In this document: in pieces, positions 1 through 9,576 of the stretch
Layout of the letters: every line of letters starts with the position of its first letter
How positions within the stretch are numbered: position 1 is the stretch's first letter
IMG/VR virus record: IMGVR_UViG_3300027708_000019
Length of the DNA stretch: 64,000 nucleotides
Origin: a virus
Direction: 5' to 3' (one strand)
Notes under the pieces: model-generated
What the model saw: the letters and a program-made list of their open reading frames with translations, nothing else
Told to the model about the DNA's origin: nothing
Databases searched by the model: none
Translations under genes and position numbers: made by a program

Positions 1-167
1 ACTTTCAAGACTTCGCTCAATTTGCTAGTCGATTCGGTTTGTTTCAAATCAGGACATGGTGTTGTCAATTCGGTTGGGACATCAGGAAATTTTCTTTTCA
101 CTGTGACTGTCGTAGAACAACCAGCAACTAAAACAAGAAACAGTGTGAGAGTAATGTATTTAATCAT
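1..167 (-). CDS. Outer-membrane lipoprotein, o-spanin (Rz1-like), runs off window start
   Basis: Not in ORF track. Hand translation from ATG at 167: MIKYITLTLFLVLVAGCSTTVTVKRKFPDVPTELTTPCPDLK...; lipobox VAGC, Pro/Cys-rich mature part, ATGA overlap with upstream i-spanin-like gene. Confidence 0.75.
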   Translation of the reverse strand, partial: MIKYITLTLFLVLVAGCSTTVTVKRKFPDVPTELTTPCPDLKQTESTSKLSEVLK

Positions 168-613
168 TTCTTCACCTCTGGTTTCTTAGCTGCCTCATTA
201 AGGATATCAAGTGCTTCTGGGATGACCTCGCATTTAGCGTCCATCTTTTCTGCTACATTTACAATCTTCTCTTGTATAACTATCTTCGTATCGTGTATAA
301 CTTTTACTTTATCTACGTATACTTTTTTAATGACAGTATTTACTTCTTGCGACTTTGCTTCAGCAATAGCAACTTTTGCTTCTGCTTCTTTAACTTTATC
401 ACGCCACTCCATTTCTGTGGCATAACTTCCATAAAAATATACACCTGCGATTGCAAGTAAAGAACCAATTAACTGAATTGGTGTCTTGTATATTTTTAAT
501 GGTGGTATAAAGTTTACAAATAAACTCAACACATACATACCAACACCACTAGCAAGAATTGCTAATACTGCAAGATGTAACCAACTATCAGGAACAAAAC
601 TAAGAAGCCACAT
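164..613 (-). CDS. Inner-membrane spanin (Rz-like)
   Basis: N-terminal TM helices, coiled-coil periplasmic part, C-terminal Cys; coupled to a lipoprotein gene. Confidence 0.65.
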   Translation of the reverse strand: MWLLSFVPDSWLHLAVLAILASGVGMYVLSLFVNFIPPLKIYKTPIQLIGSLLAIAGVYFYGSYATEMEWRDKVKEAEAKVAIAEAKSQEVNTVIKKVYVDKVKVIHDTKIVIQEKIVNVAEKMDAKCEVIPEALDILNEAAKKPEVKK

Positions 614-1130
614 TTACAGCTTTCCTTCTCGCTAACATTTGATATTTTTTAATACTATTCTTACGAATAATAGGCTCATCAGTTTTTACTCCAGCACCAG
701 TGTGGTTTGCTGGTATACCACCACCTTCGCCATCTTCATTCAGTAAAAACTTTTCTACTAATAAATGTTCATCAACTAATAGTATATCCTCTTTTTGAAT
801 TTTTGTCAAAAGATCTATATACTGCTCTTCAAGATTTGTTGAAGATTTATTATTATCAAGACATTCTTTTACAAGAAAATATGCTGCTGCAAGATTACCA
901 ATTTTTGTATTTAACAAAGGAATCTTTTGCATGATTTTGCGCAAACGAAAAGTCAATCTGTGCAACATAGTATAGGCATCTTTTTCAGTATATGTCATGT
1001 CCTTGATTTTCTTTTGGGGACTGCCATTCTGATCAATTAGACCAAGTTTATATGCTTTTGTTTTTTCAAATGGTGTTACCAACATCGAAAGAACTCTAAA
1101 AGCAATCAGATTGTCAACTAATTGCGACAT
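600..1130 (-). CDS. Conserved T4-like phage hypothetical protein
   Basis: TPFEKTKAYKLGLIDQNG motif recalled from T4-like aquatic phages; coupled to neighbours. Confidence 0.6.
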   Translation of the reverse strand: MSQLVDNLIAFRVLSMLVTPFEKTKAYKLGLIDQNGSPQKKIKDMTYTEKDAYTMLHRLTFRLRKIMQKIPLLNTKIGNLAAAYFLVKECLDNNKSSTNLEEQYIDLLTKIQKEDILLVDEHLLVEKFLLNEDGEGGGIPANHTGAGVKTDEPIIRKNSIKKYQMLARRKAVNVAS

Positions 1131-1501
1131 TAAATTTTCCTTAATTCTTGTATGACTCTGTCGTCTAATCTTAAATCAGTAACTGCTATTGATGTCCCTG
1201 GAATACTATCTGGCATTCTTTGAATATAGATTAAAAATGTTGCCAGTAATCCCCAGTCATCAGGATCAATTTTGTAGAACAGCATTTGTACTGCTGCGTC
1301 ATTAAACAAGTTGAAAAGAACGATGAGGTGGTTGAGGATTAATCTCTCTTTTAACTCATCGTTCTTCTTATATCTTGTAAATAATTTCTTCAAATACAAA
1401 AACTTTTTTAGATCTTCCTCAAATTCACTTACTGTTGAACATTGAGGATTATCATAGTTATGCATTGCATAATGTAAAAATTCAGTCTCACTTTTAAACA
1501 T
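1130..1501 (-). CDS. Conserved T4-like phage hypothetical protein
   Basis: AMHNYDNPQC...EFEEDLKKF...LKERLILNH motif; start trimmed to MFKSE at 1501 to remove overlap with upstream gene. Confidence 0.65.
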   Translation of the reverse strand: MFKSETEFLHYAMHNYDNPQCSTVSEFEEDLKKFLYLKKLFTRYKKNDELKERLILNHLIVLFNLFNDAAVQMLFYKIDPDDWGLLATFLIYIQRMPDSIPGTSIAVTDLRLDDRVIQELRKI

Positions 1502-1505
1502 AACA

Positions 1506-2447
1506 TTATGCGTCGTGTAATTGAACTCCGTAAGATGGGGCAGTTGTTGACCCTGTTGATGCGTATGTTGCACCAGTTACTGGATACCAGCGACCTGTAC
1601 CGTCAATCTTCAACCAAGCAAACTGCATAATATACTTACCAGCAATAGCTGCTGTTCTGTATTTGTAGTACTTAGTACCTTGCTCAGATGCATTCAATGC
1701 ATAAATTGATTGAGAGTTTGTGGTAGTTTGGTTCAATACGAATGTCCAAATCTTACCAGAGTCAGCATCGCTCATACCTGTTGTTGGTAGAGTAATGTTA
1801 TAACTTGCTGCACCTGATTGGTTCAAGTAGATTAGCGAAGTTACGTTCAAGTTAGCGTATGTTAAATCTGTAGATGCAGAGATAGAAATACTGTTTGTGT
1901 TATTAGTAATACCACCAGAAGTTCCAACGAAGCCCAATGATGGGAATTTTGGATACTGGGTTTGTGACCACATATTACCACCAGCATCGATAGCAGATAA
2001 CTGAGTACCACCAACCTTAACACTCAACACACGAGATGAAGATGAAGAAGCAGTATTAGTAACTTGGAAATCGAGGGAAGTAAATACTTGAGCAGCGTTG
2101 TTCCAAGTTTCAACTAATGTCAAACTTGTACCACCGATTGTACCCAAATCACCTACGTTAAATGTAAACTTAGTATTACTACCATTGCTCAACAGCAATG
2201 TTGGTAAGTTTGATGCACTACCAGTAACACGGAAAATACCGTTAGTAGAACTACCACCAGTACCTTTGATGATGTAAGAGTTGGTTGTTAATGTTAATGT
2301 TGGATTAACAGCTGACGATGTCGTCAATCCAGACAACAAATTGTCAAGGGTTAGTTGACGATTGTCGCCTGATTGAACGATCAAGAATCGTTCAGCACCA
2401 GTCAGCGAAGCTGCTGAGTTTAGTTCTGAGATCTTTTTAGATGCCAT
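1506..2447 (-). CDS. Virion structural / tail-fibre-associated protein
   Basis: MASKKISELNSAASL N-terminus typical of fibre-like proteins; S/T/G/N-rich beta composition. Confidence 0.55.
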   Translation of the reverse strand: MASKKISELNSAASLTGAERFLIVQSGDNRQLTLDNLLSGLTTSSAVNPTLTLTTNSYIIKGTGGSSTNGIFRVTGSASNLPTLLLSNGSNTKFTFNVGDLGTIGGTSLTLVETWNNAAQVFTSLDFQVTNTASSSSSRVLSVKVGGTQLSAIDAGGNMWSQTQYPKFPSLGFVGTSGGITNNTNSISISASTDLTYANLNVTSLIYLNQSGAASYNITLPTTGMSDADSGKIWTFVLNQTTTNSQSIYALNASEQGTKYYKYRTAAIAGKYIMQFAWLKIDGTGRWYPVTGATYASTGSTTAPSYGVQLHDA

Positions 2448-2482
2448 TTTAAGTTTCCTTGGTTAGATTATAAAGTTATTTA

Positions 2483-3790
2483 TTAGGTATTTGGAGTTTC
2501 AATTTCAACTAATGAATTAGCATCATCACCAGAAATTAAGCTACGACCAGCTACTAAAACTTCATAACGTACACGACCAGCGAGACCACCAGTACCAACA
2601 GTACGACGAACCCATCCTGGGCTGGCCATAATAGCATGCGAACCAGAACCTAATGTAGCAGTTGCAGTAGCTGCATCAGATGTACCTTGTAGTTCAAAAT
2701 ACTGAGCAGCATTACCAGTACCAGTAATATCAATAACTGTTTCAGTTGTATATGTAAGACCAATTAAAGTACCAGCAGTTGTAACGATAGCAGTACCATC
2801 TTCAGCAGTAAGAGTAAAACCAGTTACGCTTGGTGAAGTACCAGTAACTGCAGAAACTTTATAAGTTGTTCCAGTTGCGTAACTAGTAATAGTACCTGTA
2901 CCAGTATTTGTACCAGTAATAGTAATACGATCACTAGCAGCAAGAGTAGAGTTACCACAAGTAAATTGACCACCAGTACCAGAAGTAGCAACAGTAGCTG
3001 TTAATGTACCAGTTGTGTTAGCAGCTTTAACTTCGAATGCGTTAGCAGTACGACCAGCAGTAGCCACATAGTAAGTTGTACCAGAAGTTAAACCAGTAGC
3101 AGATGTTGAACCACCATTGTTATAAGCAACAGCGTCACCAGCAACTAATAAGTGACCAGTGTATGCGATAGTATCAGTACTAGTAGTAACTGAAGCTGTT
3201 GCAATAGTACGACGTGGCTTACTGATAGCAACAGTTGGTGCTGAAGTATAAGAAGAACCACCATTGCTCAATACAATTGTAGAAACTGCATTAGAAGCAA
3301 CAGTTGTTGATGCAGCTGCAGAAGAACCACCACCACCACTGAATGTTACAGTTGGTGTAGTGCTTGAGTTGTCAGTTGCGATATAACGAGCACCTGCGCT
3401 ACTAATAGCAACAGAAACTACGTTATCACCACCAGCTTTAATTTCAGTTGCACTAATACCATATACTTTTGTAATTGCTGAAACACCACTGGCTTGATTA
3501 GAGTCTTGATATACAAATTTTGGTTGTTGCTGAATTTTAAAGTTAGCAATTGCCAATGATGAATTTGTTGTGCCAGTAAAGTTATTGGCTAATGTCAATG
3601 CAGTATCAGAAGTAACTGATAGTACACGTGCTTTTGTTACAGTTCCTGAGTTGATAATCAACGTGTCGCCGTTTTTAATATCGCTCAAGAATGTTGTACC
3701 ACTGCCTGTTACAGCAGTAGATGCGTTTGTTACGCTGACAGTTGTTCCATTAGATGGTGCTGCAGCGTCTTGTTTACCCCAAAGTGCCAT
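2483..3790 (-). CDS. Virion structural protein (head/neck fibre or decoration-like)
   Basis: MALWG start, VTGSGTTF and GGSSYTSAPTV repeats, C-terminal GWVRRT...GRVRYEVLVA motif. Confidence 0.6.
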   Translation of the reverse strand: MALWGKQDAAAPSNGTTVSVTNASTAVTGSGTTFLSDIKNGDTLIINSGTVTKARVLSVTSDTALTLANNFTGTTNSSLAIANFKIQQQPKFVYQDSNQASGVSAITKVYGISATEIKAGGDNVVSVAISSAGARYIATDNSSTTPTVTFSGGGGSSAAASTTVASNAVSTIVLSNGGSSYTSAPTVAISKPRRTIATASVTTSTDTIAYTGHLLVAGDAVAYNNGGSTSATGLTSGTTYYVATAGRTANAFEVKAANTTGTLTATVATSGTGGQFTCGNSTLAASDRITITGTNTGTGTITSYATGTTYKVSAVTGTSPSVTGFTLTAEDGTAIVTTAGTLIGLTYTTETVIDITGTGNAAQYFELQGTSDAATATATLGSGSHAIMASPGWVRRTVGTGGLAGRVRYEVLVAGRSLISGDDANSLVEIETPNT

Positions 3791-3810
3791 TTTTATTCTC
3801 CTTGTTTGTT

Positions 3811-5769
3811 TTATTTTGGCAGATGTAGTTTATAACCAGTTGAGTCATATCTATCATCGTCTGATTTCGCTGCTGAACCCTTTTGGCGTGCGCCTGAGGC
3901 AGCACCTTTTGGTCTTCCGCGACCACGCTTCTCCTGACCTTCAGGAGTGCTGGTTTCTTTCTCGGCTTTCTCGTAGTCACGCTCATGTCTGTAGCTACCA
4001 TCACCTGTTCCAGTAATAGTACCAGTTCCACTTGCGGATTTACGTGATTCGCCTTTTTTCAAATCTGTATGTCCATACTTTGCTTTATATTCTGGAGTTC
4101 CTGGCCACATGGCTTCGTCCAGTCCTTCTTGCATGTATGATTTAAATGAGTTTAGTTTCATGGTTTCCTCGTTTGTATCTTTATTACTACTAGTCATTGG
4201 TTGCAATGGATTCATTTTATTCTTTTGAACAATGCCAGTTTTTGGATCAACTGATGTAGTTGCATCTTTACCAACCATTGCTAAAAATTGACGTCTACGA
4301 ATTTCTCTATAATGTGGATCCATACCAGCACGATCAGCAAATTCATCGGCATATTGCTCTAATGATTTTTCTTTGTTTTGAGGTTCATCTGATACAGCAG
4401 CTTCCTGAATACCAGCGTCAACACCATATTTCGCTTTAACTGCTGCACCAATATTTTTACCTGTATGTTTTACAATTTTACCATTTGGTGATTTTAACAT
4501 AACAGTTGTTGTACCATCAGCATTTGTTTTCTTAGAGTGTAAAGAATATCCTTCTTCAGAGATAACTTCTTCATCTAATTTATCAGTAACTTTAAACTTA
4601 TGAACAGTTCCTTTTTTCTTAGGATCATAAGAATCATGAGTTTGTTTCATGTGTACTTCAGTGTCGCTCTTATGCATAACTTTACCAGAAACCTTGTCGC
4701 CAGTTTTTGGCTCATAGTAATCATGCTCTTGGCCAACAGACATATGTTTAGCCATGCTTGGATGCATACAGCCAGCACAAGCGTAATCACGATGATTGGC
4801 TTCATCTAAAGATTCAACTTCTTCTTTGTTTAGACGCTGCTTTGCTGCACCCATACCAGTAAGACGTTTTACGTAACGATTCTTAGCATAGTTTGCTTCA
4901 TCTTTGTCACCAGATTTTCTAGAATGAGCATTTGCTTTATTATCGTCTTTAGCAGCAGTATAATAGTTACCAAGTGTGGTTTTGCTTAATTCAGAAATCT
5001 CTTCAACTTCTTCATTTGTTTTTTTCTTTGATGCATAATAAGCACGAAGACTGTCATCAGTTTTGGCTTGAGCAGTTGGGTGACCAACTCTTGGTTTCAT
5101 TTGTTCTTTTTTCTTTGGTGGAACTGGAGCAACAGGTGCTTGTTCATTCATGCAACCACATTTCATTTCACCACACTCTGAGCATGCTTTCTTTTTAGCT
5201 GCTTCAGCAATACGAGAAAGTAAAGTTTGTTCTTTTACTGGAGAGATTGGTGATTGTGCGTTATTTTTTTGTTTGCGTTTTTGCATGTAAAGATCAAACT
5301 TAGCACCTTCAGTACCTTTACCACCATAGTGTTTTGGTGGAGTAACATCTTCTTTCATTGTATGGGCAGGAACATGAGTTGTTCCACCACCATTAGCACC
5401 TTGGAAGTGAACATTGTCACCCATCTTCTTAGCTGTCCAGTGGCGACCAGTTTCGTCTTTGAATTTATGTTCTTGTTGATCTTTCAACTTAGCAATTTCT
5501 TGATGGTGTTCTGGATGTAAAGGAATAGAAAAATCAGATCCGTGATGAACAGTCTTCATAGTTCCCCATGAATATTTCTGTGTATCTACTTTACCACCTT
5601 TACCCAACGCTTTGGCATTGTCTGGGGCATTTTTAGTTTGATCTTGTTTCTCTTCTTTACGAAGAATTTGCAAGTCTTGACCATCAATTTTACCATTGTG
5701 GTTTTTGTCGATCTTTTTTTGCTTTTTGGATAGTTCTTCCAAATACGCTAGTCTAAATGGATTACTCAT
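3811..5769 (-). CDS. Modular Lys/Glu-rich putative internal head polyprotein
   Basis: 652 aa of small modules separated by acidic linkers (EEVEEISE, EEVESLDE, DEEVISEE); EF-hand-like DKNHNGKIDGQDL; AT-hook-like KRGRGRPKG. Confidence 0.5.
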   Translation of the reverse strand: MSNPFRLAYLEELSKKQKKIDKNHNGKIDGQDLQILRKEEKQDQTKNAPDNAKALGKGGKVDTQKYSWGTMKTVHHGSDFSIPLHPEHHQEIAKLKDQQEHKFKDETGRHWTAKKMGDNVHFQGANGGGTTHVPAHTMKEDVTPPKHYGGKGTEGAKFDLYMQKRKQKNNAQSPISPVKEQTLLSRIAEAAKKKACSECGEMKCGCMNEQAPVAPVPPKKKEQMKPRVGHPTAQAKTDDSLRAYYASKKKTNEEVEEISELSKTTLGNYYTAAKDDNKANAHSRKSGDKDEANYAKNRYVKRLTGMGAAKQRLNKEEVESLDEANHRDYACAGCMHPSMAKHMSVGQEHDYYEPKTGDKVSGKVMHKSDTEVHMKQTHDSYDPKKKGTVHKFKVTDKLDEEVISEEGYSLHSKKTNADGTTTVMLKSPNGKIVKHTGKNIGAAVKAKYGVDAGIQEAAVSDEPQNKEKSLEQYADEFADRAGMDPHYREIRRRQFLAMVGKDATTSVDPKTGIVQKNKMNPLQPMTSSNKDTNEETMKLNSFKSYMQEGLDEAMWPGTPEYKAKYGHTDLKKGESRKSASGTGTITGTGDGSYRHERDYEKAEKETSTPEGQEKRGRGRPKGAASGARQKGSAAKSDDDRYDSTGYKLHLPK

Positions 5770-6203
5770 TTAAGATGGCTCCTTATCATCCAACCGTGCT
5801 TATTGTGGACATCAACACGCTCTGGAAGCGAGTTTAATAGTCCTTGTTTATTTAATTTTGTTGCTAACTCTATTGCTTTATTTAGGGATTCTATAACCTG
5901 ATCATTCGTAATTAAGAGATCCTGAAGCATTTCTTCTGGTGTTATTGCTACAACACCTTCATTTACTGTTTTATATTCATACATTTCGCTCAATGTTTTT
6001 GGCGCATATGCGCTTTGAGCACGAATCTCTTCAGCCAATAAATCTGAAGCATCAAAAAGATCTTCATACAAAGACTGGAAAAAACTGTGTAGTTGAGAAA
6101 AGTGAATACCCTCAACATTCCAGTGATGACTATGTGCTTTGAAATACATCAAAAATGTATTTGCATGAGCAATTCTAAGCGACATTACTAATTCAGTATC
6201 CAT
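5766..6203 (-). CDS. dps: Dps / DNA-binding ferritin-like protein
   Basis: HWNVEG..F..LH..F...Y.......D.LAE signature, HNKHGWM C-terminus; start trimmed to MDTELV (SD AAGGA). Confidence 0.9.
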   Translation of the reverse strand: MDTELVMSLRIAHANTFLMYFKAHSHHWNVEGIHFSQLHSFFQSLYEDLFDASDLLAEEIRAQSAYAPKTLSEMYEYKTVNEGVVAITPEEMLQDLLITNDQVIESLNKAIELATKLNKQGLLNSLPERVDVHNKHGWMIRSHLK

Positions 6204-6213
6204 ATTATTTCCT

Positions 6214-8874
6214 TTATTTCCCAGTACCAACTGAGGACTGAGTGTATTTATGATGTTGTAATCTTGCCTTTTCGACTGAACGCACACGTGGTACCAGTCT
6301 ACGTGCTAGACGTTGAATTAACTGTGGTCTAGCATGTAAAAATTTCTCTGCTCTTTCTTTTTCCTGAACAGATGCTGTGCTTGGGTCTTTTCTTAAAAGA
6401 CGTTTCTTAACCATAAATGTGGCTAATCTTTTAGCACGCTTGTTTAATACTGGAATACTTGATGATTTCTTGAGAGCAATTTTTTCTTTTACTTCACGTT
6501 TAGATTTGCTACGTGCCCATCTTTGTCTGCGACGCATACGTTCAGTACGACCAATTGCTTCAGTCAATTCTTCTTGGAAACCTTCTTCATCAAGTTCCTC
6601 ACCAGTTTCTGAATCAATAATTGCTAGTTCGTTATCATTATATGCTTCTAAAATATCTTCTAATAATGAAAGAGAATCTATTTCGTCATAGAAATCTTCT
6701 TCTTTGATATCATCAAATCCTGGGATTACTGTATGTGGATTTTCTTCTTTAACATGTTTGAAATACTCAACTTGTTTTAGACGTTTCTTTGCGCCAGCAA
6801 GAGTTGGAGATTTGCCAAGGTTTTTATTACCATGTTCGCTCTCAACTTCGTATCCACCTTTAACTTTTTCGATATGTTCTGGTACACAGTTAGGTACTTT
6901 TTTAGCACCTTTGTTTTTCATACCAATCATTTTATATCCAGACCAACATGGATTTACTGCTTCACCAAGTTCTTCCTTTGACTGTAGATAATCTCTAACA
7001 GTTGTGATATAGTCTTGTGCTAATGTAATTTTAGACTGAACCCACTCTGGCATGTTGTCGTCATCTTTGATCATATCAATCAAATCTTTACAATTACGTA
7101 GGGTTGTTTGTAATTGTGTGCGAGCCATTTGACCTTCGTAATCGTACTCACCTGGATCGGTTTTAGATAATGCCTCATCGATCGCTTGAAGAATCTCTTC
7201 GTATTCTTCTTTGTTCAATGCTTTCTTAATACCTGCTGTAGTTTTATCAATCTGTTTACCAGTCGCTTTCATAACACCCATCCAGCGATCAGTTGATTTT
7301 TTATGTTTACCTTGTGCTGTTAAATCATCAGCAGATTTCTTTGCTGCTGTTTTATAACGATCTAACAACTCTGATGACACTTCCTCAATTTTTTTTGTTT
7401 CCTGTGAGGAATTCATTTTATCTTGTTGATGTTTATCTTTTAATTCTTTTACTTTGTCTGACCAGTATTTGTGGTTTTTGTCAACATCATATCCATGTTT
7501 CTTCAAAGCACGACTAAATTTTTCATATGACGACAGCTTCTTTGTTTCATCCAACTCAAGATCTTCTTTAACAGTTGGATTTTGTGATATTGATTCAGAA
7601 TTATGCAGACCAATATAATTATGATCATGAACCTTATAACCCTGTTTCTTATAGAAATGTATTGCGCCATCAATTGCAGAGTCTTTATCTTTGGCTTTTA
7701 CTTTTGCTTTTCTATATTGTGTTTCTTTACGTTTCGTAACAGCTGAGTGGTTTGGATTTGACACAGTAACACCAACCACATGATGTTGTTCTTCTGATGA
7801 ACCAAGAGGATTTATTTCAGTAGAAGATTCATTCTCTTTGATATCAACTTTAGATGGAAGTAATTTCTGATCATATTCAATTCCTGCTTCTCTTGCAGTT
7901 TGTAACATATTATGAATAATTGCAATGTACTCTGGGCGCATAGGTTTGCTTCTAACTTTGCGAAGAGCATTGTTAATTAACTGTTCTGCGCTTGATGTTT
8001 TCTCAACATCAGTAACACCCAATGCGTTTGCTATAATTCTAGCAACTTTAATTTTGTCCGTAGCAGTAAATTTCATTTCTGTAACAATTCCCTGGAAATT
8101 GAATGGTTTCTGAGAAATTATAACATCACGAATCCACTTGCTTACTAAATCGCCTTGTTCATTTTGAAGCAGTAAATGATTTGAGCCACGTTTCTGAATT
8201 CTGTAAAGAGTATTATCTGCTTCTACAATATCGCCTACGTTGAATAACTCACCACGAAAATATGATTCTCTTAACCAGTCTGTTGCTAACTTTACTTGTT
8301 CTTTAATAACTTCCAAACCAAAACCTGTGCGCATCTCATTCATTAGACGTTTAGCATCTACTGAGGTGATTGTGTTTGGGAGATTTTCTTTGAAGAGATC
8401 GTAGTCGCCTTTTTTGGCTGACTCACGCAATTTATTGACAGTTGTATCTTCATCGGCATTTCGTTCGCCTGTTGATACAACTTTGATGCTATTGAAATTA
8501 AATTCTTTACCGTTGTGTTTTTCTAACAACTTTTGACACTCAGCAACTTGATCGATTCCAACAACCAAAACGATACTGTTATATTTCTCGTTCAATTCAG
8601 TAGCAGCTTCTAAAAGGTTTCCTGCTGATTTGAATTTGGATTCTGGGAACATGCGATTAAGGTAATATACCTTACGATCGGCTGGTAGGGGATTCTTTTT
8701 GTCGTCTTGCAGTGAAGACGTATAGATAATTTTTGTGGCATTCTGTTGTTCAGCTACCTGTTCAACAGTTTTGATGAGAAGTTCGTGGTCTGCCGTTGGT
8801 GGCTGGAAGCTACCAAATGTGAATACTGCATTTTTAGAGGGCAACCCTCTTAAGAACTGGCTATATGCTTTCAT
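6214..8874 (-). CDS. Multidomain protein: N-terminal degenerate HxGH (cytidyltransferase-like) domain plus virion modules
   Basis: VFTFGSFQPPTADH (degenerate FGRxNPPTxGH); later modules EYDYEGQMARTQL...PEWVQSKIT and CWSGYK...VPNCVPE; Arg-rich C-terminus. Confidence 0.6.
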   Translation of the reverse strand: MKAYSQFLRGLPSKNAVFTFGSFQPPTADHELLIKTVEQVAEQQNATKIIYTSSLQDDKKNPLPADRKVYYLNRMFPESKFKSAGNLLEAATELNEKYNSIVLVVGIDQVAECQKLLEKHNGKEFNFNSIKVVSTGERNADEDTTVNKLRESAKKGDYDLFKENLPNTITSVDAKRLMNEMRTGFGLEVIKEQVKLATDWLRESYFRGELFNVGDIVEADNTLYRIQKRGSNHLLLQNEQGDLVSKWIRDVIISQKPFNFQGIVTEMKFTATDKIKVARIIANALGVTDVEKTSSAEQLINNALRKVRSKPMRPEYIAIIHNMLQTAREAGIEYDQKLLPSKVDIKENESSTEINPLGSSEEQHHVVGVTVSNPNHSAVTKRKETQYRKAKVKAKDKDSAIDGAIHFYKKQGYKVHDHNYIGLHNSESISQNPTVKEDLELDETKKLSSYEKFSRALKKHGYDVDKNHKYWSDKVKELKDKHQQDKMNSSQETKKIEEVSSELLDRYKTAAKKSADDLTAQGKHKKSTDRWMGVMKATGKQIDKTTAGIKKALNKEEYEEILQAIDEALSKTDPGEYDYEGQMARTQLQTTLRNCKDLIDMIKDDDNMPEWVQSKITLAQDYITTVRDYLQSKEELGEAVNPCWSGYKMIGMKNKGAKKVPNCVPEHIEKVKGGYEVESEHGNKNLGKSPTLAGAKKRLKQVEYFKHVKEENPHTVIPGFDDIKEEDFYDEIDSLSLLEDILEAYNDNELAIIDSETGEELDEEGFQEELTEAIGRTERMRRRQRWARSKSKREVKEKIALKKSSSIPVLNKRAKRLATFMVKKRLLRKDPSTASVQEKERAEKFLHARPQLIQRLARRLVPRVRSVEKARLQHHKYTQSSVGTGK

Positions 8875-8945
8875 TTAATCCATCTATATGTTGATATTAT
8901 TCATTTATTTAGTCATCTGGAGAGTTACCCCCTAGAGATAACATT

Positions 8946-9575
8946 CTATTGCATTAATAAAAAGAAATTACCAGGATTTGCTGATACTGCCGCTTCTTTA
9001 ATTGAAAAAGCAAAACTTGTAAAAGTGGCTGCTGTAGATGAGGATGTAGCAGTTCTTACGGTTGTTGCGCCAGCACTTGTTTGCAATTCATCTACTAATA
9101 ATATGCCCCTAATAGATGATGTTCCTGAAGCATTTACCCTTGTGTTTGTAGATGCTGGAGCAGTCCATGTTTGCGCTACAGTAACTTGTGCATAAAAACT
9201 AATAATATAATCATTATTTGTAGTTGTTGTTAATGAATTGGTTGCAATTGTTGAATTTCCAGACGTAGCTTGTTTAAATGTTCCAGTAACACCAAGTCCT
9301 GATTGACCACGATAAGCAACCATTACTACCCTAGTATTGGGTGAAGCAGATGTCATAACAACAGAAGATTCACTTGCACTAGCAGTTTTATAATAAACAA
9401 AACATATTGGTGCTGTAGCGTTATTGCTTAATAATGTCCATCCTGATGGAGTTGATACAGTTGTACCTGTAATGGCAATTATTAATAAATCACCAGCCGC
9501 ATAACCAGTAGGCACAGTAACAGTTGGGTTTGTTCCTGAAGCTACTGTACCAGCCGCTACAAATGAAATAGCCAT
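8946..9575 (-). CDS. Tail-fibre-associated beta-sandwich protein
   Basis: AISFVA...AGDLLII...TPSGWT motifs; C-terminal GNFFLLM tail. Confidence 0.5.
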   Translation of the reverse strand: MAISFVAAGTVASGTNPTVTVPTGYAAGDLLIIAITGTTVSTPSGWTLLSNNATAPICFVYYKTASASESSVVMTSASPNTRVVMVAYRGQSGLGVTGTFKQATSGNSTIATNSLTTTTNNDYIISFYAQVTVAQTWTAPASTNTRVNASGTSSIRGILLVDELQTSAGATTVRTATSSSTAATFTSFAFSIKEAAVSANPGNFFLLMQ

Positions 9576-9576
9576 C

